A DNA stretch of 64,000 bases, taken from an uncultured Bacteriovoracaceae bacterium. Lineage in GTDB: Bacteria > Bdellovibrionota > Bacteriovoracia > Bacteriovoracales > Bacteriovoracaceae. Below are positions 28,520 through 38,257 of this stretch, piece by piece. The DNA is taken from contig CAXGUD010000015.1 in NCBI GenBank assembly GCA_964012805.1, positions 1-64,000 on the forward strand, read 5' to 3'. The stretch's first letter is position 1, and the number at the start of each line of letters is the position of its first letter. The notes under the pieces were generated by a model. That model worked only from the letters and a program-made list of their open reading frames with translations, made no database searches and was not told the origin of the DNA. Position numbers and translations under genes: made by a program.

Positions 28520-28544
28520 GAGGCGGCAATATGACAGCCGCCTC
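28520..28544 (-). terminator. Intrinsic terminator between convergent genes
   Basis: gaggcggc/gccgcctc stem followed by TATTTTT on the minus strand. Confidence 0.65.
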
Positions 28545-28554
28545 ACACAAAAAA

Positions 28555-29370
28555 TTACTGCAGGGGAATAATCCTTCCATCTCCAACAATATGATACATC
28601 TCTGAAGACTGAGTCGTTTTTGTCATCGAAGTTATCGTGTAGGTTATCTTCATCAGGGCAGAAACAACGGGGTTTTCTTTTGTTCCATGGTTCACAACTT
28701 CGAGGAGCTCTGTATGAGAATTAAATTTTTGCCCCCATCTTACCTTGATTTTCAGCGGCGTTATGTTGACGGCTGCCAAAAATTTCCCTTTTCCATTAAA
28801 ACTACCACTGTGGGTAAAGTGAACGGCATAATCAAACTTCACCAACTCCTTCCCCGTCCTTCCTTTTGCACTAAAAGAAAAAGTCTTTGACTTTGGTAAG
28901 GACCAACGCTCCAAGTCCATGGGAATAATGTCTCTACCTTCAACCTGGGGCAAAACGCTAATTGGGACATGATTTGACCTTAAAATAGGCTTCCCCATAA
29001 CAACCAAATCCCAAGCTCTTTCTCCCAAGGCAACGATTGCCTTAATCACTTCGAGAGGGTTCGTGCTCCCTCCTCCTCCCCTAATAGTACCGCCACTGTT
29101 TTCAAAACTTGGCATATCTAATTGTGTCAAAACGTTATTTTCAGAGGTAACAGAAATTTCAAAAACATCACTATCCTGCTCTGCTAAACTAGGCGGACTC
29201 AAAAAATCACGACCCTGAAGAGGGTATTCCTCAAAGGAAAGGGACCGAACCGAGAGGTCCGGTGCCTTCTCCACAGCCCCTATGGCCATTATATTTAAAC
29301 TAAAAAAGAAAGCTATAACGTAAGACAAAAGGGGGGAACGGATGGTCTGGATTAAATTCTTAAGTATCAT
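28555..29370 (-). CDS. Secreted hypothetical protein (271 aa, beta-rich C-terminus)
   Basis: Signal-like N-terminus, low-complexity linker (GGTIRGGGGS), AGGAG RBS. Confidence 0.7.
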   Translation of the reverse strand: MILKNLIQTIRSPLLSYVIAFFFSLNIMAIGAVEKAPDLSVRSLSFEEYPLQGRDFLSPPSLAEQDSDVFEISVTSENNVLTQLDMPSFENSGGTIRGGGGSTNPLEVIKAIVALGERAWDLVVMGKPILRSNHVPISVLPQVEGRDIIPMDLERWSLPKSKTFSFSAKGRTGKELVKFDYAVHFTHSGSFNGKGKFLAAVNITPLKIKVRWGQKFNSHTELLEVVNHGTKENPVVSALMKITYTITSMTKTTQSSEMYHIVGDGRIIPLQ

Positions 29371-29597
29371 TAATTATCTCCTGTCGTAAAAAAATATGCT
29401 GTCCATCATAGCTTAAGGAATTTCAAAATGGTATCAATTTGGGACCAAATAATTAAATGATGATAATTGAAATGAGAGGTATTTGATTATCCAAAATCTA
29501 ATAGTTGCTAAAAGGTATGAATTGTTTAAAGACAAATTTGTTAAAAAAGCGAGTAAATGCCTAAAAAAAGTCAAAAACTCATAATATTTTTACGTAA

Positions 29598-29641
29598 TAA
29601 CAACCATAACAATCCTAACAATCCTAACAATCTTAACCTCC
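29598..29641 (+). repeat. 9-bp tandem repeat (TAACAATCC) x about 5, degenerate
   Basis: taacaacca taacaatcc taacaatcc taacaatct taacctcc. Confidence 0.8.
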
Positions 29642-29725
29642 TAAAACTAACACAATTTTAATTTTGAAATTGACTATTCTCCTGTTAATAAAGCTGATGA
29701 GTAATAAAATTTAGGAGAAAAAGAC

Positions 29726-30898
29726 ATGGATCAATTTTCAAGCCCTGAAGAGGCCATTCAACCTAGCGGGTCTCCTCTAAAAGGCCAAGCAATTATTGAG
29801 ACGTTTGGAAGGATTCTAACTGTTTTAGCACTTCTTTTCACTTTTCTTGTTGGGGTTAAAATACTAACATCTGGGATCAAGTTAATGGGAGGTGGGTTCG
29901 CTCAAACCCTTTTTGACGTCACATCAAACCCACTTCTAAGCCTCCTATCGGGTATGTTGGCCACGGCGCTCCTTCAAAGTTCTTCGACAACGACTTCTAT
30001 TATCGTTGGTCTTGTTTCCGGTGGTGCCCTTAATTTAGCAGGTGCAATTCCTATGATTATGGGAGCAAACCTCGGTACATCAGTTACCAATACTCTTGTT
30101 TCATTGGCCTATCTGAAAGATAAAGACTCTTTTCAACGCTCTTTTGCTGCGGCCACTGTTCATGATTTTTTTAATATTCTTTCCGTTCTAGTGCTCTTGC
30201 CATTAGAGCTTGCAACTGGAATTCTGGAAAAGCTAGCGACGTCTGTCTCGGCTTTCCTTTACGGAAACATGACCGGCTTGACCTATTCTTCACCACTTAA
30301 GGCTGCCATTAAACCTCTTGCTAAAGGTGCGAAAACCTTTATAACTCAAAACCTAGGCCTCGAAGGAAATGCCGCTGGAATTGGGCTCATGCTTTTAGGG
30401 GCAGGAATTACAATCATTGCCCTCACTACTGTTGTAAAAGTCATGAAAGTTGTCATTGAAAGAAATAAAGGTGACATAATTGAAAAGCTTCTCTCTAAAA
30501 ACCCTTATACAGCAATCTTATTTGGAGGCGTCTTAACATTTTGTGTCCAATCAAGCTCAATCACAACATCACTGCTTGTACCTATGGCGGGGTCAGGACT
30601 TCTTTCCATTGCTTCTATTTTACCTGTTACCTTAGGGGCCAATATTGGAACCACCACTACAGCACTTTTGGCAGCTCTCACGGGTAACAGCGCAGGCCTG
30701 GCCATTGCCCTTGTGCACTTTTTCTTTAATATACTTGGGATTTTAATCTGGTTTCCCGCTGAAAAGATGAGGCGCACACCTATTATTCTATCGACAAAAC
30801 TAGGTAAACTATCGGCCAAAAATAAAATGATAGGCTTCCTCTATATAGGTGTTGTCTTTTTTGGCCTTCCTCTTATTGGAGTCTTTATTACGAATTAA
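29726..30898 (+). CDS. Na+/phosphate symporter (NptA/SLC34-like)
   Basis: Two QSSS repeats, IMGANLGTS, AATVHDFFN, LGANIGTT and ALVHFFFN. Confidence 0.9.
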   Translation: MDQFSSPEEAIQPSGSPLKGQAIIETFGRILTVLALLFTFLVGVKILTSGIKLMGGGFAQTLFDVTSNPLLSLLSGMLATALLQSSSTTTSIIVGLVSGGALNLAGAIPMIMGANLGTSVTNTLVSLAYLKDKDSFQRSFAAATVHDFFNILSVLVLLPLELATGILEKLATSVSAFLYGNMTGLTYSSPLKAAIKPLAKGAKTFITQNLGLEGNAAGIGLMLLGAGITIIALTTVVKVMKVVIERNKGDIIEKLLSKNPYTAILFGGVLTFCVQSSSITTSLLVPMAGSGLLSIASILPVTLGANIGTTTTALLAALTGNSAGLAIALVHFFFNILGILIWFPAEKMRRTPIILSTKLGKLSAKNKMIGFLYIGVVFFGLPLIGVFITN

Positions 30899-30932
30899 AA
30901 GCGAAGTAACTCAAACCTTCATATAAAAGCCA

Positions 30933-30977
30933 AGCATAAAAAAAGGTCAACCTCAAAAGGTGGCCTTTTTTTATGCT
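30933..30977 (+). terminator. Intrinsic terminator (possibly bidirectional)
   Basis: agcataaaaaaagg..acct-caaa-aggt..cctttttttatgct inverted repeat. Confidence 0.75.
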
Positions 30978-31068
30978 CTTTTCTTTGTTTTTTTTTAAGC
31001 CTATTATTCTTTTTATAACCCTCCAATACCCTTATTTATATAAGTTGGAATGATAAAAAGGGAAAGAA

Positions 31069-31650
31069 ATGGAAAAAAGACTTAGCTTTGGGCCAGAAGT
31101 CGATGTTGAAAATTGTGCTTATATACACCCAACAACTCAACTTTACGGAAAGATTGAAGCATCTAAAGACAGTTCTTTCTGGCCATACTCAGTCGTTAGG
31201 TCTGAAATGAATAGCGTAAAAATTGGCGTTATGACAAACATCCAAGACTTTGTCATGATCCATATTGGGACGAAACAAGGAACAACAATTGGCAAATACT
31301 GCTCTATTACCCACAGGGTGACATTACATGGATGCACAATTGGAGACTATTGCCTTGTTGGAATTAACTCAACCATTATGGACGGCTGCCAAATAGGTCA
31401 TAATTGTATAATAGGTGGTCACACCTTCTTAAAAGAAAACACAATTATTCCTGATAACTCCATTGTTATGGGAACCCCAGGCAAGGTTATCAAAGTAAAA
31501 AATAACAAACTCAAAAATAAACTTAACGCCATTTTCTATTATAAAAATGCTTTGGCCTACCAAAAGGGAATGCATCGGGCCTGGTCCAAAGAAAACATAT
31601 TTCAAGACATGTTAAAAACAGGTAAAAAGTTTTGGGCAACAGATCATTAG
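31069..31650 (+). CDS. Gamma-class carbonic anhydrase family (hexapeptide repeat) protein
   Basis: TNIQD, MIH and ITHRVTLHGCTIGD Zn-His pattern; VMGTPGK. Confidence 0.88.
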   Translation: MEKRLSFGPEVDVENCAYIHPTTQLYGKIEASKDSSFWPYSVVRSEMNSVKIGVMTNIQDFVMIHIGTKQGTTIGKYCSITHRVTLHGCTIGDYCLVGINSTIMDGCQIGHNCIIGGHTFLKENTIIPDNSIVMGTPGKVIKVKNNKLKNKLNAIFYYKNALAYQKGMHRAWSKENIFQDMLKTGKKFWATDH

Positions 31651-31657
31651 AGAAACT

Positions 31658-32473
31658 TTAAAAACAAAAGGTCTTCACTTTTTCTCTATAAACGGCCACG
31701 AGCTCGCTATCATCTTCATCATTAGGGTGAAAAGAGGGTCTAAAATAATAGAAGTAACTTTTAAAGAAAAGGGGGGAGCTTTTAATAAGATGCGCAGAAA
31801 AACAGAGTAATTCTTTAAAAAATTTTAAGGAAACATTTGATTTATCTGACCACAAAAAGCAAAACATTAATTGGAAAATAACTATTAAAAAAACCATGGA
31901 AACTTGAATAAAAGAGTATGCTCTCAACCAAAAAGGACCATCGATCTCCTTATATAAATTAAAGGCCACACTCTTATGTTCTAGCTCTTCTAATGCGTGG
32001 TAGTACCAAATTTTTTTATACTCAAATGAAACACCTTCAAGCCATTTCACATCTCTCAAAATATGCCGGGCAAGGATTGTAGTAAGGTGCTCAGAAGCGA
32101 CGGTTAAGGCCAATGCAAACCTTGGACTCAAGTACTTATTTCCCAACTCCATAAAGACCTTAAAAGGATAAATTAATCGATCCACGGAGTATCCACTCTC
32201 TTTTAAGTTCCGGTTAAACCACAAATCATGTTCCTGAAAATGCTTGGTTTCTTGATAAATAAAGTGCTTAACACTTTTTTTTAAATCAAGGCACTTAATG
32301 CTTTCTTGGTTAAGCTTCATACTTTTAATAAAAAACAGCTCACCCACTGGCAACAATAAGCTTAGTGAATTAAAAAAGTGGTTGAAAAACCTATTTTGTT
32401 TCCACCAATTTTTGGGCATAGAAGAAGGCTTTTTTATTAAAACCCTCTTCTCTTGAAGATGAGTCGTTTCCAT
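31658..32473 (-). CDS. Predicted metal-dependent hydrolase (PF10118-type)
   Basis: NSLSLLLPVGELFFI, QETKHFQEH, SEHLT and HALEELEHKSVAF. Confidence 0.85.
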   Translation of the reverse strand: METTHLQEKRVLIKKPSSMPKNWWKQNRFFNHFFNSLSLLLPVGELFFIKSMKLNQESIKCLDLKKSVKHFIYQETKHFQEHDLWFNRNLKESGYSVDRLIYPFKVFMELGNKYLSPRFALALTVASEHLTTILARHILRDVKWLEGVSFEYKKIWYYHALEELEHKSVAFNLYKEIDGPFWLRAYSFIQVSMVFLIVIFQLMFCFLWSDKSNVSLKFFKELLCFSAHLIKSSPLFFKSYFYYFRPSFHPNDEDDSELVAVYREKVKTFCF

Positions 32474-32605
32474 TTTTATTGGCCCTGTCTTGCAAACTAT
32501 TGAAAATACTGAGTTATGATTACCATATTAAAGTCAAAGAATATGCCTTTTGACAATTTCTTGGTATATTTTATAGGCTTTTAGACCAAAAATGGTCATT
32601 TGAAG

Positions 32606-33448
32606 TTATTTGGATAGACCAAATAGACTCAGGTTAAGCTGATAGACTTTATCTTTATACTTGCCTTTTGAAGTCACTTTGTTGACGTCTCTAATGAGAC
32701 TCTTCATTTTCTTGATTATTTCTGGAAGCTTTTCACTATCAACGGCGAAAGTTAGAGCACTTAATTCCCGTAACTCATAGACAGGTGAATCTTCCAAAGA
32801 TTCTTTGGTTAAATCAATCATGCTCTTGTGATAGTTAAATTTAGCATCATTTAAAATATTATCATCAACTGTTTCAAGAGAAGCATTTATCTTAACGTAA
32901 CCTTTTGAAGGGTCTTTTTTTATAAGCCCTAACTTTTTTAGAAGAGTCAAAGACTCCTTAACATCTTCTTCAGTAACACCACCTTTTAGCTTATCCGCAA
33001 TAAGTTTCGCGCTATGGCAGTTATTTTTTGTATCTAAAAACTCATAAATTGCCACAGCATACCACTTCGATAAAAAAGCATGCTGATTATAACCCAGCTT
33101 ATAGACATCAAATTTTTCAGACCTTAAAAAAAGGAGTCTTTGGAAGTATTCAGACCTCAATTCCTGATCGGTGCTTTGATTGTAAAGAACAAGGTTTTCA
33201 AAGTACTTTTTTTCATTTCCTTTTAGGGATAGGCCTTTAACAAATTTCGGTATGGATTTCTGAGTTAAGTTCCTTTTACCGTGCATAATCATATTAAGGT
33301 AGGAAGTGGAACTAATTCCAGCTTTATTGCAAAAAACTCTATAACTGTATCTTGAGTTTAATGACTTTTTATATTCGTAGAAAGCTTTTAAAAAATCACG
33401 GTAATTATCAAATGCGAAAATATTAATTTGTGTTTCGTTTTTACTCAT
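32606..33448 (-). CDS. TIGR02147 family (HTH + DUF4423) protein
   Basis: IFAFDNYRDFLK, SYRVFCNKAGISS, GKRNLT, YFENLV, WYAVAIYE, YHKSMI and VYQLNLSLF. Confidence 0.88.
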   Translation of the reverse strand: MSKNETQINIFAFDNYRDFLKAFYEYKKSLNSRYSYRVFCNKAGISSTSYLNMIMHGKRNLTQKSIPKFVKGLSLKGNEKKYFENLVLYNQSTDQELRSEYFQRLLFLRSEKFDVYKLGYNQHAFLSKWYAVAIYEFLDTKNNCHSAKLIADKLKGGVTEEDVKESLTLLKKLGLIKKDPSKGYVKINASLETVDDNILNDAKFNYHKSMIDLTKESLEDSPVYELRELSALTFAVDSEKLPEIIKKMKSLIRDVNKVTSKGKYKDKVYQLNLSLFGLSK

Positions 33449-33622
33449 CTCAAAGGCGTCCTTTCCCTTTTGATCATATTACATCTATTACTGCAATTAT
33501 AACCCAATTCATTTTTAAAAAATAGATTCATCTCTTTTCTTTAGGTTTAATGGATGCTTAGCAGGTATTTTACAAAGCTTACGAAGCATCTTAATTGACT
33601 AATTATTGACCAGAAAATTTAA

Positions 33623-34045
33623 TTAATTGAGGTTTTTATCAACTGCATCTAAGATTATTTTTTTGATGTCTTCTTTAGTACCATCAATAAAATTAGAGTC
33701 AACCCTTTTGGATATGACATCAAAAAAAACATGGCTGAATACCTGAAAAACACCTTGAGTATTACCCAATAGCTTCTCTTCTTCCTCAGATAAATCCGAA
33801 AACTCTAACTCTCCTTCAGAGGCATCAATTCCGTTAAAGAGTCCTTCCAATCCACTCCTTATCGCATCTTCAGTTGATAAGTTTCCACAACGAACTCTAT
33901 AACTTGATATTTCCATCATAAACTTCAAGACATTTTTACGGGCCTGATTTTCATCACCATAAACCCCCTTATCTATATCACTATTTAATTCCCCAAATAA
34001 GCTTATTATGTGATCCTTAAGACGGGCCTTTTCCTTTTTAAACAT
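33623..34045 (-). CDS. Hypothetical protein (140 aa)
   Basis: Clean ORF with AAGGA RBS; no motif recognised. Confidence 0.65.
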   Translation of the reverse strand: MFKKEKARLKDHIISLFGELNSDIDKGVYGDENQARKNVLKFMMEISSYRVRCGNLSTEDAIRSGLEGLFNGIDASEGELEFSDLSEEEEKLLGNTQGVFQVFSHVFFDVISKRVDSNFIDGTKEDIKKIILDAVDKNLN

Positions 34046-34083
34046 CTCTTTTTCCTTTTATGTCTATTTGGTCATTGATTAAA

Positions 34084-34110
34084 CATTCGGTAAAAAAACT
34101 AAAACCTGTA
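34084..34110 (-). promoter_or_regulatory. Sigma28-like promoter
   Basis: TACA-N15-ACCGAATG. Confidence 0.35.
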
Positions 34111-34330
34111 ATTAAATAGGGCTTTTATAACTAGGAAAATAAACTTACTTTAGACAAGAGTTATCAATTCTTCCTCCCTTTTATTTTCAATTTACCATTA
34201 AATATGTAAGTAACTGTTTTTACTCTTTTTAAATCTTTACTCCTTTTTCTCCTTGGAATAAAAGAAAATCAATTTTGTTAAATTGATAAAATGAAAGTAA
34301 ATAAAGTTAAGAGAAGCTTAGGGGTTACAA

Positions 34331-34534
34331 ATGGATTTCATTAAAGTAAAGGGTCAAAGTACTAATCTAAGAGATGCTCTCTATCTTTTTGATGTTGGCG
34401 AATTAACTGAAAAAGAAACATACAGTATGTTTCAAGATATTATCAATAAGGGTCTAGTTGAAAACTTACCTCTTCCCTTTCAAAATGCAGCAAGCGTTTT
34501 TATTCAATGTGGAATATGCAAAAAAGCTCTTTAA
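34331..34534 (+). CDS. Small hypothetical protein (67 aa)
   Basis: AGGGG RBS before ATG; protein-like composition (GELTEKETYSMFQDIINKGLV). Confidence 0.65.
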   Translation: MDFIKVKGQSTNLRDALYLFDVGELTEKETYSMFQDIINKGLVENLPLPFQNAASVFIQCGICKKAL

Positions 34535-34560
34535 CCAATTAACTAAGAATAAAAAGCTTT

Positions 34561-34836
34561 TTAATTTCTATTTTTATTTTTAAGACCTCTGCTATTTAAA
34601 TTATAACTTGCGGTCCTTTGGACAAGCTCTGAATGGTCTTTTTTTAACTCCATCAAAATAACTTCCGGCGTATTACGGTTTATTCCTACCAAGGCCCTTA
34701 CTTTTTCCGATGAATCAAAGGCCAATTTTAAAAGAGTTTCTGCCGAAGTATCACTATCTAAGGCCATAGTTTCTTTTTCTCTGTCAGTGAGAACAACCTT
34801 TTCTCTTTGGTATAAAGTCGATTCTTTAGTCATCAC
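34561..34836 (-). CDS. Small LRV/HEAT-like repeat protein
   Basis: TSAETLLKLAFD..EKVRALVGINRNTPEVILMELKKD..ELVQ leucine-rich-variant pattern. Confidence 0.7.
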   Translation of the reverse strand: MMTKESTLYQREKVVLTDREKETMALDSDTSAETLLKLAFDSSEKVRALVGINRNTPEVILMELKKDHSELVQRTASYNLNSRGLKNKNRN

Positions 34837-34876
34837 ATTTTCCTTTAGAGTTTAAATTTATATAGGAATGAGAACT

Positions 34877-34903
34877 ATATCGGACTTCTTCATTCGACCT
34901 TTA
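34877..34903 (-). promoter_or_regulatory. Sigma28-like promoter
   Basis: TAAA-N15-TCCGATAT. Confidence 0.6.
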
Positions 34904-34974
34904 TTCAAATTAAGTGACCATTTAAATTTCTTATGATTAAAAGAATTTTAAAGGAAAAATATTTAGACTTTTAG

Positions 34975-37365
34975 CTAGGGACCATACCAGATAGGAGAGC
35001 TCCAGGCCCTTTCGTAGATAAAGGGAGTATAAGTTCCGAATTGAGTTTTTTCCCATACCTTTGGGTTTTTATGGGCCACATTAATATGACGGCAGCAACC
35101 TCTAAACCCTTTAGGAATTTTCTTCTGGAGTCTTCTTTTGGAGCATGATTTTAAAAAGTAATCTGTAGGAGTTAGTTTCGGATGACTATTTTTGACGTAT
35201 CCAACGCATTGATGCCAAGACCATCTGCAAACAGGTTTTTCAATAACCCTTGCATAATAGAAGGCCCTTTCCTTTGGATTAAAATCTGGGTCTTTCCAAA
35301 AGCCACATAGTTCACTATGGCCTTTTTGAACCTCTTCACAGCTATTTAAGTTATACCTTTCATTCTTCTTGCCAACTCCAGAAATATCGTAGACTTTTTC
35401 GTGGGTTTTACCTGACTCATCAACCCAGCCCTTTATAACTTGAATGACTTTTAGAGGTGTGCTTTTTTCTCTCAAATCCTCTCGAAGCTCTCCTGCATTC
35501 TCCTGCTCTTCAGGACTAAACCCTGGATCCTTTAGTGCCGCTAATAAGAAAGTTGGGGACCTCTTAACTCTCCCTTTTAACGGTGGAAGGTCACTTCCCA
35601 TTGGAACTCCTTTCTCGTAACCCACACGGACGAAATCACCTCCATTTAGGGCCACTTGGTTTGGAGAAAACTTAACATTCTCACAGAGCTTACTGGCCTC
35701 TTTTCTTGTAAAGCCCCATCCTCCAAAAAAGCGTAAGGCGATTCTAGTCCCACTTGTTCCATATGTTTCCTTTCTTCTTAAAGCATCAAAAATATAATCC
35801 CTAGAGTTTTCCTCACTCCAAACAACGGCTAACCCTCCTGGACCATAAGACATAAAGTCAGCTAAACCTTTTTGCTGAGTCTCGATAGGAAATCCATCTT
35901 GGGCCATTTTTATAGAAGCTTTTCCCTTGTCCTGATTGGAAGCTCCAGCTCCTCCATGCCCCTTAAAGTTTATTTCATTTGTGGCACCCGGAGCACCTAT
36001 ATGGGTGTCTGTACTCCCAATGAAACCGTATTTAAAGGGATTTACTTCAAGTTTATCTTTTAATTGAAGGCCTCTTTTTAAGGCATCTCTTATAAAGTTT
36101 GATTTCTTTGGATAGGTTGAGTACCAAGAAAATAGGAAAGGTACATCTCCCAACAACCATTTTTCAAACATATTTTCTTTATCAGCAGTCAAATTATTGT
36201 AAGGCATTTTTTCAAACTGACAAAATTCATCAGGGTTGTTCACTACGGGCTTTTGGCGGAACATTGATCCCGCTTTGTAATAATGGCATTCTGAATCACC
36301 TTTATGCTGGAATACTTCAATTAAGGGTTCCAATCGTGCCCTTTTTAGGGCGTACTTTTTAGTGAAGTCTTTTTGATTTTCGCCTTCTTTATTAAAAAAA
36401 TTCCTCACTTTTCTTTCAAACATTCTGGCATTGCTCATATTTGAATTATGGGGAATCGCCAAAACATCACAGCCCTCCCCTTCTTTATTTTTGAGCTTTT
36501 TATTTTCGATGCAATTTTTAATCAACTCATCCCATAAAGCTTCTGGATGCTTGGCATCCATCGCTGAAACAGGTGAACTCGGAACACGATTATTTCTAAA
36601 AAGGACATTCCGGTGTAAATTCCAAGAAAGTGGTGAAAGAGTATACTCGTAACCAATAAAAGAGGTAAAATTACAATCTTCAGTTTTATCATATACAGAC
36701 TCAGCTGAATCAATAACTTCCTTCCAACCAACCTTCGCCCCTTTCTTACAATATTTTGCATTTTTACCGCAAAATTTACCTCTTTTAAGAGGTTTATCAT
36801 CGTGAGTGTATTGTCTCACTCTAGCTCCGCCCAAGTATTTCTCAATAAGATTCATTCCTTTATGAGAAAAGTTTTTTCGCAATTTTTTACAGGTCTTTGA
36901 TTTATAACCTTTAGACTCAAAATCGACTTCACCACAAACACGAAGCTCACCAAAAAATTCCGCATGATCGGAAACCATAGCAAAATCAAGAGGCCTACCA
37001 AGTTGAATACTGCGGGTAGGTTTTGCTTCGAACGTTGGGGCTTTACTAGAAGTTTCTCCTGTTTTTAAAAATGTATTCTTTATATTTATTTTTCCTTCCT
37101 CAGAGATTGGAATCCAAGGATGCAGAGAAATTCTTTTACCTAAGGCAAATTGATAGGCTTGATAAGGTGTTGTTCGAGCGTCTTGAGTAGCTGCATCTAG
37201 AGACCTAGAAGTGTGTACATGTACATCACCAAACAAGGCCCTTTTAAGTGGGTTATAAGAACGGCACTCCTCTCTTTCCTCAGTGTATTTTAGCCGCCTA
37301 GAATCTGATGCCATTCCATCATTTAGATTATAAATAAGTAAAACAAATAAAAGCAAGGCTTGCAA
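34975..37365 (-). CDS. DUF3604 family secreted PHP-like metallohydrolase
   Basis: FGDVHVHTSRSLDA, PLDFAMVSDHAE, FIGYEYT, NLHRNV, IPHNSNMS, QHKGDSEC, GSTDTH, YYARV and ERAWSSPIWY. Confidence 0.9.
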   Translation of the reverse strand: MQALLLFVLLIYNLNDGMASDSRRLKYTEEREECRSYNPLKRALFGDVHVHTSRSLDAATQDARTTPYQAYQFALGKRISLHPWIPISEEGKINIKNTFLKTGETSSKAPTFEAKPTRSIQLGRPLDFAMVSDHAEFFGELRVCGEVDFESKGYKSKTCKKLRKNFSHKGMNLIEKYLGGARVRQYTHDDKPLKRGKFCGKNAKYCKKGAKVGWKEVIDSAESVYDKTEDCNFTSFIGYEYTLSPLSWNLHRNVLFRNNRVPSSPVSAMDAKHPEALWDELIKNCIENKKLKNKEGEGCDVLAIPHNSNMSNARMFERKVRNFFNKEGENQKDFTKKYALKRARLEPLIEVFQHKGDSECHYYKAGSMFRQKPVVNNPDEFCQFEKMPYNNLTADKENMFEKWLLGDVPFLFSWYSTYPKKSNFIRDALKRGLQLKDKLEVNPFKYGFIGSTDTHIGAPGATNEINFKGHGGAGASNQDKGKASIKMAQDGFPIETQQKGLADFMSYGPGGLAVVWSEENSRDYIFDALRRKETYGTSGTRIALRFFGGWGFTRKEASKLCENVKFSPNQVALNGGDFVRVGYEKGVPMGSDLPPLKGRVKRSPTFLLAALKDPGFSPEEQENAGELREDLREKSTPLKVIQVIKGWVDESGKTHEKVYDISGVGKKNERYNLNSCEEVQKGHSELCGFWKDPDFNPKERAFYYARVIEKPVCRWSWHQCVGYVKNSHPKLTPTDYFLKSCSKRRLQKKIPKGFRGCCRHINVAHKNPKVWEKTQFGTYTPFIYERAWSSPIWYGP

Positions 37366-37388
37366 AAAATCCTCCTGTTCAAAAAAAT

Positions 37389-37416
37389 TTATCGGAAGCC
37401 TTGAGGAATAAATTTA
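37389..37416 (-). promoter_or_regulatory. Sigma28-like promoter
   Basis: TAAA-N16-TCCGATAA (spacer 1 nt longer than canonical). Confidence 0.45.
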
Positions 37417-37480
37417 CCAAGTATAGCAACCTTTTTTAAAAATAAAACTTATCGATTTTCTAGATTAGGATAAAGATATC

Positions 37481-37520
37481 ATTTATTATTTATTATTTAT
37501 TATTTATTATTTATTATTTA
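37481..37520. repeat. Heptamer microsatellite (ATTTATT) x5.7
   Basis: Perfect 7-bp tandem repeat overlapping the stop codon of 37514..38002. Confidence 0.9.
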
Positions 37521-38002
37521 AAGAAATTATAGACGCTTTTGGCAAATTTTTCTCTGCAACTCACCATTTTGTCATAGTACTTATAAATTGTTTGGGTATG
37601 CAAATGCTTATACCTTTTTTTCCTATCAAAATATAAAATATCATTTTTACCAAGTTCTTTCACAAGGTCTAAATACTTTTTGTCGTCCATACAGGACTTG
37701 AATGCTTTATTTGCACAATCTTCAACATTGAAAATACTTTTTGGAAGACCATCTTTTTTTAACATAGGATAAAGTTGTTTAAAGTTAGGCTCATAAAGAA
37801 ATTCCTTCAAATAATAGGTACATTTATTCCGTGCCTTAAAACTTGATTCCTTGCTACTACTACTTAAATTCTTCGCCCACTGCCCTGGATTTTTTTTCCA
37901 ATAATTTTTTACTCTTTTATAAAGGGCATCTATATATTTTTTATCACTATCTCCGTGGGCCGTTGATACAAAGAATAAAGGCAAAAGTATAATTAGTTTC
38001 AT
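37514..38002 (-). CDS. Secreted hypothetical protein (162 aa, 4 Cys, basic)
   Basis: Signal peptide MKLIILLPLFFVSTAHG; GGAG RBS. Confidence 0.72.
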   Translation of the reverse strand: MKLIILLPLFFVSTAHGDSDKKYIDALYKRVKNYWKKNPGQWAKNLSSSSKESSFKARNKCTYYLKEFLYEPNFKQLYPMLKKDGLPKSIFNVEDCANKAFKSCMDDKKYLDLVKELGKNDILYFDRKKRYKHLHTQTIYKYYDKMVSCREKFAKSVYNFFK

Positions 38003-38124
38003 TTTTTGACTCCACGATTTTTTATAAATTAATCTTATAATAAAGCTTTAAAGCGGACGTTTTTTATTTTCGACCAAAATTTAAAAAAACTAATATTTTA
38101 TGATGATTATTTTTACCATTAAGG

Positions 38125-38163
38125 CAACTACTCTAAAGTAGTTGAAACTATTCAGAAAATAGT
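38125..38163. promoter_or_regulatory. Two adjacent related palindromes (candidate operator pair)
   Basis: CAACTACT-ctaa-AGTAGTTG and ACTATT-cagaa-AATAGT in a divergent intergenic region. Confidence 0.45.
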
Positions 38164-38257
38164 ATCTAATTTTTGCGACAAATTTAAAGACAAAGAAAAT
38201 AAAATCAACATAATATATTGCACATAAATACCTGCTTTCAAAATCATAGGTTTTCTT

